64,000 bases of DNA, taken from NCBI RefSeq assembly GCF_006345805.1, contig NC_043003.1, positions 76,570,001-76,634,000 on the forward strand, in the 5' to 3' direction. Source of the stretch: Octopus sinensis. Lineage: Eukaryota. The notes under the pieces are model-generated. The model saw only the letters and a program-made list of their open reading frames with translations. It was not told the DNA's origin and searched no databases. The position numbers and the translations under genes were made by a program. Below, piece after piece: positions 54,929-64,000 of the stretch (its first letter is position 1; every line of letters starts with the position of its first letter).

Positions 54929-55000
54929 TTATATATATGCATATACACATACATAAGTATATGTATCTTTGTATATATGCATGTATGTATCTATCTATCT
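54245..55000. repeat. Long TA array with interspersed G
   Basis: Direct reading. Confidence 0.95.
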
Positions 55001-55376
55001 ATTATATATATATGTGTGTATGGTATGTACGTATGTATGTAAATATTGCACATGTGTGTAAGGACGTATATATGCGCGTATGTGTAAAGATATAGATAGA
55101 TAGATAGATAGATAGATACAGGATTGCTAATTCTTGTGCGTGTTTGAAATAATCTGAATACTTTCATCTTCGTTAATTCATGACTTCTCAGCAGTCCATT
55201 GAGTATACATGTGCAGTACATCGGACATTGTAACAAGACTGGCGTGTTGTATGTTCACGGAAAAACACATATATAAAGGAATATTCACATTATCATAGAA
55301 ATATGCACATATAAATACATAAATATATATTTATATATATATATATATATATATAGATATATATATATATATATAA

Positions 55377-55417
<41 letters not shown>

Positions 55418-55498
55418 GAGGGAATATTATTCCAAACTTACAGGGAAAAATTCAATTAGAAATACTAAATAAAATTTCACAAAATATTATATATATAT

Positions 55499-55530
<32 letters not shown>

Positions 55531-55534
<4 letters not shown>

Positions 55535-56200
55535 AGAAAATAGTAAAGTGTGAAAAAACGACAGAAGGCTTAAATGTTAAAATATATATATTTGTGTCAA
55601 AATGTCTGGAGATATTGGAAAATTTTTTTCGTTTCCTTAAACGGGACTATCACTCAGGCGCAGATGCACACTGCATCGACAACAGATTGCATTCCCAGAA
55701 TATAGAATGATACCTTTAGTGAGCACATTGAGAAATGCGCAAAGCAACTACTGCACAATTTTTAATCTTCCCATTTTACCAATGTGCTTTCGGATCATCA
55801 ACACAAAGAGACTGAACAAGGAAACATTCTTCATTGAAAAGTACAAACCCAGACTCAACCATCCGAACATACTGACACAGAGAAAAACAACAAGGAAATG
55901 GAAAAAAAAATTTTTAAGCGATTATCTCACCTACACCGGAAAAAATCACTCACTACCTCCCCTTATTTAGAAATCTCCTGGAAATAAAAACACGATAATT
56001 CCATGCAATATAAACATAACGTCACAAGAAATTTGAAAAGCTACACGCGAAACCGGTAATTTCTTTAAAAATTTTAAAATTATGTCATTTTAAGAAAGAA
56101 AAAAATTTTTCCAATATTCTCCAGACATTTTGACACAAATATATATATTTTTTAACATTTAAGCCTTCTGTCGTTTTTCACACTTTACTATTTTCTTATA
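55531..56200 (+). mobile_element. Penelope-like 3' fragment (GIY-YIG end + hammerhead remnant) between 100-bp inverted arms
   Basis: LRRRCTLHRQQI..SEHIEKC..IFPFYQC..KRLNKETFFIEKYKPRLN at 55644-55859; arms 55531-55630 and 56098-56200 are reverse complements. Confidence 0.82.
56026..56065 (+). ncRNA. Degenerate minimal hammerhead motif
   Basis: AAGAAAT-TTGAAAA-GC(TACAC)GC-GAAA-CCGG-T-A-ATTTCTT: perfect 7-bp stem I and palindromic stem III ACCGGT; core is two substitutions from CTGAAGA. Confidence 0.6.
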
Positions 56201-56238
56201 TATTCACCCACGTGCTTTACCAAACAAACTTTCTTATC

Positions 56239-56316
<78 letters not shown>

Positions 56317-56619
56317 TATATAGATATTATATATATGATTAGATAAAAACACTTTATCAATTCAATAATGAAAAATTAAATTATACCATTTAGAAAAATT
56401 ACATATTATTAGAAAGATTATATATACGATAAAACATATAACAATGATTAAGTAATTTGCACAAAAGTAAATAAAACGTATATATTTGGTAGAATAATGA
56501 CACGTGTTTCGTGGCTATATTTAAGAAATGATAATAGTAATAATAATAGTAAAATCACTTCAATGTAAATATAGCCACTCTTCTTTTTCTAATTTATGTA
56601 TATATATATATATATATGT

Positions 56620-56672
<53 letters not shown>

Positions 56673-56721
56673 TGTGTGTATGTGAGTGTGTGTGTGTGTG
56701 TGTGCGTGTGTGTGTGTGTGT

Positions 56722-57039
56722 AATTTCTTTTCAGAATGAGATAAAAAAAACCTTGACTGTGGAGATCTTAAACATTTATAAATAGGTCTTACAGCTGTTT
56801 CCAGGATATTTCATTATATCCCTTCATTGGAGAAGATGTGAGAAAATCTATTTTCATTCATCCACTCCACTCTCTATTTCGTATCTTATGTAAATTAACT
56901 ATTGCTTAACCATCTTCTCACACCGTCCCCGATGAAGGGATATAATACATATCCTAGAAACATCTGTAAGACCTTCTATTTATAAATATTCTAAAATCTT
57001 CAGAGCCTTGTTTTTTTTTATCTCATTCTGAAAAAAATT
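56722..57039. repeat. Imperfect ~125-bp inverted repeat, each arm with a hammerhead-like motif
   Basis: 56722-56844 versus 56915-57039. Right arm GTCC-CCGATGA-AGGGATAT..ATATCCTA-GAAA-CATCTG-TA-AGAC; left arm (minus) TTCT-CCAATGA-AGGGATAT..ATATCCTG-GAAA-CAGCTG-TA-AGAC. Confidence 0.85.
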
Positions 57040-57316
57040 ATTTTTATATATACACATGCTGATATATCACCTACATTAGACTCCTTATTCGCATAATCAC
57101 CGAACCTGGAGCTTAACTACAGTCTATCCATAGCACTTACTCAGCTATATTATAATATATATATATATAATATATATAATATATATATATATATATAATA
57201 TATATATATAGATATATATATATATATTACATATATCTATTATTATATATATATAATATATATAATATATATATACATATATATATTATAACATATATAG
57301 ATATATATATTTAAGT

Positions 57317-57652
57317 GAAGGCGCGTGGCTCAGTGGTTAGAGCGTCGAGCTTACGATCGTGAGGTTGTGAGCTCGAATCCGGGACCAGGCTGCGTGTTGT
57401 GTTCTTGAGCAAGACACTTTATTTTACGTTGCTCCAGTTCCCTCAGCTGTAGAAATGAGTTGCGACGTCACAGGTGCCAAGCTGTATCGGCCCTTGCCTT
57501 TCCCTTGGACAGCATCGGTGACGTGGAGAGGGGAGGCTGGTATGCATGGGCGACTGCTGGTCTTCCATAAAACAACCTTGCCCAGACTTGTGCCTCAGAG
57601 GGTAACTCTCTAGGTGCAAGCCCATGGTCAGTGTCTGACCGAAGGGTGTCAC
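57317..57652 (+). mobile_element. tRNA-derived CORE-type SINE, near full length
   Basis: TGGCTCAGTGG A box, GAGCTCGAATCC B box, TTGAGCAAGACACTTTATTTTACGTTGCTCCAGTTCCCTCAGCTGTAGAAATGAG (CORE-like), distinct 3' tail. Confidence 0.9.
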
Positions 57653-57668
57653 ACTATATATGTATATA

Positions 57669-58703
57669 CAGTTGCGGCCAAAATGTTCAGAATGGCATTG
57701 TTTTCGGTCAGAAAAGTAAATATAAGTTTTTATCAATGTTGTTTTATATTCTATAATTTTCACTGACAATAAATACAATATAATAACCTTTTCAGCCTTG
57801 AGGAAGTTCATGACCACCTTAGCCTTGTGACATGGGGCATTGTCCTGCATGAATATGGGTGATCGCTTAGTTGAACTTCTCAGCACAGGCAAGACATGAT
57901 CTTTTACAAGTTGTTTATAAACTCCTGCATTTAACTTTCCATGTAATCGCACCAAAGGGCCCACACCATCTCCAGATATCATTCCCCAAACCATGACACT
58001 TCCACCACCGAATTTAACACTAGTCTTAAGGCATTTAGGCAACAATTTTTCACCTACTTTTCTACGAAGCCAAATCTGAGCCAAATAGCATAAACTTAGA
58101 TTCATCACTGAAATGCACCGTTTGCCATTTTTCTTGAGACCACAACACATGTTCGGTTGCAAAGGTAAGACGACACTTTTTTATTCTTGGAGCTGATCAG
58201 TGGCTTCACTGCAGGTGCTCTTGCTTGTAGGTCATGTTCAACTAAACGACGAGACACAGTTTTTCGAGATAAAGTTTTATTCAATACAATGCTCATTTTC
58301 CGAGAAACAGCAGCAGTTTTAAATTTTCCTTTTTAACCAACTTTACCATAGCACAATCGTCTCTCTTGGTCGTTTTTCTTGGCCTTCCTGTAAACTTTCT
58401 TGCCTCACACGAACCACAATCATCGTAGACCTTAAGAATACCGTGTACAACACTTTTTGACTTGTTAACAATATTTGCAATAGATCCAATACTTAAATTA
58501 TCATTCCTTCGAAGCTTAATAATCTGCTGACGAATTGGTAACGGAGTAAGTTGCATTATATCAACAAAGTACACTTCAAATATTTTACTAATGTTTAGTA
58601 AACGAACGGTCACGTAAACAAATTCAAAACATCAGAGTTCGCCGGTTAAATATACTAAAACACGGAGTAAAAGCAACTGTTCTGATCCTTTTGGCCGCCA
58701 TGG
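57669..58703 (-). mobile_element. Tc1-family DNA transposon, disabled and internally deleted
   Basis: TA|CAGTTGCGGCCAAAA end with a degenerate partner TTTTGGCCGC at 58689-58698. Transposase GRPRKTT..KTVSRRL..KPLIS..FSDESKF..KFGGGSVMVWG..FMQDNAPCH, then truncated before the final E. Confidence 0.92.
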
Positions 58704-58872
58704 GTTTTGCAGTAAATCACTAAATCATCCATAACTTTTCTATTATCCTCTCAAATTACACCAAAATCTCAGACAATAACAGATAATATTAGCATTAATT
58801 AATAACGAGGGGTACTAGAGATAACATCATCATTATAAAATAGCAGTCAGAAACGAATTATGGTTTTAAGTA

Positions 58873-59438
58873 TTGGGTTGTCCGGAAAGTTTGTACCGAT
58901 TTTTAAAGGCAAGAAAAGGGTAAATAAATACTTGCCATTACATTTTAATCAACCAAATATGAACCATTTTGTTGCACAATGAGTCTCCATCTTCCCTTTA
59001 ACTTGAAAATAGCCTCTTCCCAGAATTGAGGTGGTTTCATGTCAAATAATTAATCAAGTTATCTTTTTACGTCATCCAAGGAATTGAAATGTTTACCATT
59101 AACACTATTCTGCAGAGACCTGAATTAGTGAAAATCCAAAGGAGCAATATCTGGTGAATATGGAGGGTGGGGTAACATATCCCAGCCGAGCTGCAGCAAT
59201 TTATGTCTGGTTCTCAAGGCAGCAAGTGCCGAAAATGAACTTTCTTATCTTTCATTTTAAAGGGTTACAGAATTAACACAGGTTATAGGAACATAAATTT
59301 TCTCCCAATTAAAAGATAGATTAAACTGTGCTCTAAATGGAGATGTAGTGAAATCCTATTTTATGGACTCAACCATGTTCTAAAATAAGTCGAAAGCTAA
59401 GGTACAATAAATCGGCACGAACTTTTCGGACAACCCAA
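58873..59438 (-). mobile_element. Mariner (DD34D) non-autonomous deletion derivative with TIRs and TA TSD
   Basis: TA|TTGGGTTGTCCGGAAAGTTTGTACCGATTT ... AAATCGGCACGAACTTTTCGGACAACCCAA|TA; internal HPPYSPDIAPLDFH*FRSLQN..FWEEAIFKLKGRW. Confidence 0.95.
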
Positions 59439-61769
59439 TAGTTCCTGGCTGCTATTTTACCATGCTGGTGCTACCCTTCTTCACTAATGAAAGGCATAGA
59501 ATCTCGATTGTGCCGATACAACGTAACTATCGAACACCAAAAGTATTCGTTGAAGGCTAACATTTTGTTTACTGCACAAACTCTAAAGTGTTGTTGTCTT
59601 TTGTTTTCTTGTTTGTTGTATAATAAATATTTTTTATAAAGATCGCTTGGTCAATGAAACATATATAACGATGTATTGAGCAAACGTACAAATATACCAG
59701 ATCGTACAATTTTAGATTTTTGAATAGTAACTTCTTCGATAACCTCAACCACTTGGACGCTAATCGCCATTTGGTACAATAAGTTTCTCCATGGGACGTT
59801 TGCGAAACTAAAATTTGGAACGGTATCCTTCTTTCAAGCTTACGTTTCTTTAAAATAATTTCTATCAGCAGCCTGTTTTTCTTTAATGAAAGTTAATTTT
59901 ATTGCCATCAAATATGACTAAATGAATTATCCCCCCTATTATGATAACCTCTCTGTTTTTTCAAGAGTATCATGTTACTTCTGTGAGTAACTATTTTACT
60001 TTGAACCGCATTGAACACTAACTTAATTGTCTCGTAAATATATTCATATAAACTACCTACGTATATAACGTGATATAATGCACTATAATAGAATATAATG
60101 CGGCATAAATGTAATATGCGTATTTAATGGCTCAGTATCCTATTTTATATTTCCATTTGCATTATACTTTATTTTTCATGGTAAACTATTTTTCTGTTCC
60201 TCACCTATGACTTATCTCCTCTGCATCTTCTATATTACAATGCACATGGCATTTCGAACACTACCATCAAATAAATATAGTTTTGTTTTATACTATGCCA
60301 CAACAAATTACGTTTTTCTGTTATTGGAATCATAACTGTTCGGTGTATTTTTCTGGCTTGCAACGTTTTTTTTTTTTTTTCGTTTTTTTTCATCACACTT
60401 TGCTTGTAACATTTCTGCAGGGGATATTATAAAGTAAAACCCTTTTTAAAACGTCATATATCACATATTTTGCACTTGATGTCTGATGAATAATTGGCCC
60501 TATTGCTAATGTACACTACTACATCTGTAGGTTTTATTTAATATCCACTTTGATAATTTGATATGTTAGGTTTTTATTTCTTCAATTCTTTTTAAAGTAC
60601 AAGCTTCTCCTACGTCAGAGCTACTCAGATTAAGAGGTATCGCGATTCAAAAAATTATAAGCATCATCATTAGTTTCAGGATACGGTCTGCTATTTTGGT
60701 CTAACGAAAACTCAAATAATTTTTAGCAATTTCAAAAACAATGCTTTTTTTTAGAAAATATCCGCTCCTCGTCGTTTGAGCTAAGATCAAAAACCACTTA
60801 ATTTCAAAGTCTATAATCGCAATGTTATGTGTGTGTGAGTGTTTGGTTGTTTGCGTGTTTGGTTAATTTATTGGGTAACCACGAGTATCTATCTATTTTC
60901 TACCATACTTCATATATATAGATATATATACGTGTGTGTGTGTGCGTGAGTGCGTGCTTGCGTGTATGTATCAATCTTCAACGCCACCATTACCATCAGC
61001 AACACAAACAGCATTAATACCAAAATCAAAGAAAACCCAGCACCATTACCAACCCACAATCCTTATAAACAAACAAACAACAACAACAATAATACTTTGA
61101 ACAAGATAAGCAACGCCATCTAAAATAAAACACAACAATGTTACGAGATAATAAGGTACACTGACGCAGTTAAAAACTTGAATGTAATGTCTTCAACCTT
61201 AGGTTAGTGAGGATTGATTTAAATCTAAACACCAAAAACAACACAATTAACAAGAACATATATGACCACCACTGGCATCAGTGCAATACACGCACCGTTG
61301 CAAAGTCAATAATATCAAAGCCAACTGCATGACAACTAGCAGCCAAGCAATTTCAGGATACGCAACTGACAATAGCACCAATATTATCATCAGCATTGTA
61401 GCAATGTTTGTTGCCACATATGTTGTATGGCGGTACAACGAGTGTTTATGAGAAAGGGAGTGAGTGAGAGAGAAAGAAAGAGAATGTGGTGTGTTGAGGT
61501 TTTATGGCTTCGCTCAGAGGTATAATGGCTGAAGAGAATCTGGTCACCATTTAACTAGCTGTGATGATATAGTACTTCTTCTCAACCCATTCCTTTCCCT
61601 TTTCATCTTTACTTTTCCATTCTTACATTTATATGAAAGAGACAAAACTTTTTGGCTCTCATAAGAAATTGTTCTTTCTTGGCGATATTTTTACTAAATA
61701 TTTTCAGTGACAATTGTTGGTCACTGCTGCTGTTGGATTTCAAGGTATCTTCAAAGAAGCCATCAAGTG

Positions 61770-63240
61770 GAACTGATACTAGTCGTTCGAAGAGGAACCA
61801 GAAAGAAATTACAAGAGCTATTTAACTTGGTGTTTTAAAACGCCTTGATACAGGAGAAAATAAAAATCGGGCACATTACGAAAACATTAATTGTTGCAAC
61901 ATCTATAGTGCAAAGAACACAATAGAGAGGAAAAGAAATCAAATGCTCAAGAACCCATTTCGTTAAGTGCTCGGATCTCTTCTGTTTTGCGAATTTAATG
62001 TGATGCTTGAAATGGAACGGCTCCAAAGTGTATGAATCAAGGATCAGACTTGATGTGTTTTTCTGAAAAGCATGATGGTAATTATTACAAAGCTAAATGC
62101 TTGTATGACGATATACTGATGAAGGGGAAACTTCTGTTGAAAAACATTTTCTGGCTTTTCAAATTATACAGCATAAAAGCGATGATTTAAGCTGCCAGTG
62201 CTGATACAGAAAGTACTTCAGATTATTATGAGCCGATGAAGAAAATGATTGCTGAAGGGGCTTCTCACAAGGTAAAATTCACAATGTGAACGAAACTGCG
62301 CTTTTCTGTAGCATATACCCGCTATTATATTTTTTCACGAGGAGAATCAACACCAGGATTTAAAGTGTCCTAAACTTTGTACGACACTTCTCCTGGGAGG
62401 AAATGTATCTGCTTATGTGAAAAGAAAACCTCTACTCGTTTTTCATAAAGAATAAAGCGTTTTCAAGAGTGATGCAAAATTTAATCTACCTCTGATTTGG
62501 CATTTGAAAGGACACATGAATGACTAAGAGTGTTTTCGAAGAGTGGCTTACAAGCATGTTTTGGACTGCTGTAGGAAATGACAGCCCCCTCCCCCAAAAT
62601 TATTTCCAACAAAGCATTGTCCATTTTAGAGAATTCTCTAACCACTAAGTGAACTTACATATGATGGGAGACAAGGATATAACCCCAAAAGCAGAATTAA
62701 TTTTCTTTAATGGATGAATGTGCGATAGCTATCTGCAAGAACTTTCAAAGAACTCATGAAAGTCAATGACTGGAAAGATAAAGCTACTGCTATAGACTAG
62801 GAAGAAGTTAAACATAAGGAATGCTGTGATAGCATAGCTAAGACATAGGATGAAATATTACAATGTTTGTACAGGCAGAAAATCTACAGTTGCAAATGAG
62901 ATAAGGTAGCAAGAATCTAAAGAGGATCATGTGGTTGAGTGACTAGTATTGCAGACACAAAGCTCATCTAACGAAAAGTTGATGCTTTTAGAAGAGCAAC
63001 TTAAGAAGAAAAATAGGAAGACGGAAATTCCACCAACTCCACTTAAACTGACTACAATGAATATTGCTTGAAGGTTCATCCTTAGGGTGATGGCCTTCAA
63101 AATGTTGCTAATAACAATGCTAACTGTGAACAACACTGTGCAACAGAAAGAGACGGTGAGATACAAGCAAATAACTTTGAATAACTTCTCCCCTCCTAAA
63201 GCAGATGCTCATGAACTAAGATAGATAAGTGACCCTCATC
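61770..63240 (+). mobile_element. Tigger/pogo-like transposase remnant
   Basis: Fragments KRLDTGE (HTH), MERLQSV*IKDQ, AASAD, NVNETALF, PGFKVS, TLLLGGNVS, KPLLV, WLTS in the collinear order of CENP-B/DDE_1 transposases. Confidence 0.78.
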
Positions 63241-63364
63241 CTTACATTAACTCACATCTCTCTTACCCTTTTCTAATTTAGTTGCAGATGAATCCGTTAT
63301 GATTAAAATCCTCATACGTATTACCGCTCAAAATTTTGTTTCCTAATGAATACATAAATATTGA

Positions 63365-63575
63365 TTTCAAACTTTGGAACAAGCCATCAATTTCGAGGGA
63401 AAGGGCAAATCGATTACATTTACACCAGTACTCAAATGGTACTTATTTTATCGACCCCGAAAAGATGAAAGACAAAGTCGACCTCGGCTAAATTCAAACT
63501 CAGAACACGAAGACTGACGAAATGCCGCTAAGCATTTCCTCCGGGATGATAACAATTCTGCCATCTCACCACCTT
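63365..63575 (-). mobile_element. SINE family B copy
   Basis: GGTACTTATTTTATCGACCCCGAAAAGATGAAAGACAAAGTCGACCTCGGC..AACTCAGAAC..CCGCTAAGCATTTC..TTCTGCCATCTCACCACC. Confidence 0.92.
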
Positions 63576-64000
63576 AATGATTACATATATATTCATGCAA
63601 ATCTTATCATATACAACATTTCCAACTGGATACTTCCTCTATAATCTATATATATATATCTATAAATAGGTTTTCAATAGTTTGCCCTTAGTGTTATTAT
63701 CAGTTATTAACGCTATCCCCTAAGTTTTTTCACCAATAATATAAATAATGTACCTATAAATTTGCCAAACTGGGTAATGTAAATGAATACTCTGCACATT
63801 TCTCTACAGTCGCCACTTCACCATCATGCTTTTCCTCTTCCCTTGCACCCCCCCCCCCGTCCTACCACATCAATTATTCTCTACTCGCTCTCTCAACCCG
63901 TCTCAAACTATTCCAATTGAAACGAATTACGACGCACATCAGGCTTGTATCCTATTGAACATACAACAGACTCCAATAAATGTCCTGGGATTTATCTTAT

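Overview
Eukaryotic, AT-rich DNA saturated with repeats. It is most likely an octopus (coleoid cephalopod) intergenic or intronic region; this is an inference from the SINE families I recognise, the dense (TA)n/(CA)n/(GA)n/(AAT)n microsatellites and the R4/Dong, Tx1/L1, CR1 and Penelope content. I found no convincing host protein-coding exon, true tRNA/rRNA gene or CRISPR array, and most ORF-track entries are translated microsatellites. The window is a transposon graveyard: about 20 tRNA-derived SINE copies from several modular families; three L1/Tx1-like remnants with CCHC-knuckle ORF1s; four R4/Dong-like LINE pieces; a young 5'-truncated CR1-group LINE between two long TA arrays; several Penelope-like (PLE) fragments; and decayed Chapaev-like, Tc1, mariner, Tigger/pogo and possibly piggyBac DNA transposons. 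The most interesting recurring signal is a set of minimal type-I hammerhead-ribozyme-like motifs. Three lie in microsatellite-embedded fold-back PLE-type modules (48.2-49.3 kb, 55.5-56.2 kb, 56.7-57.0 kb). One lies in the 3' half of a Pol III tRNA-headed SINE (37.47-37.71 kb), a candidate ribozyme-bearing 'retrozyme-like' SINE. Family names come from my own motif recognition, not database searches, and many boundaries are approximate.
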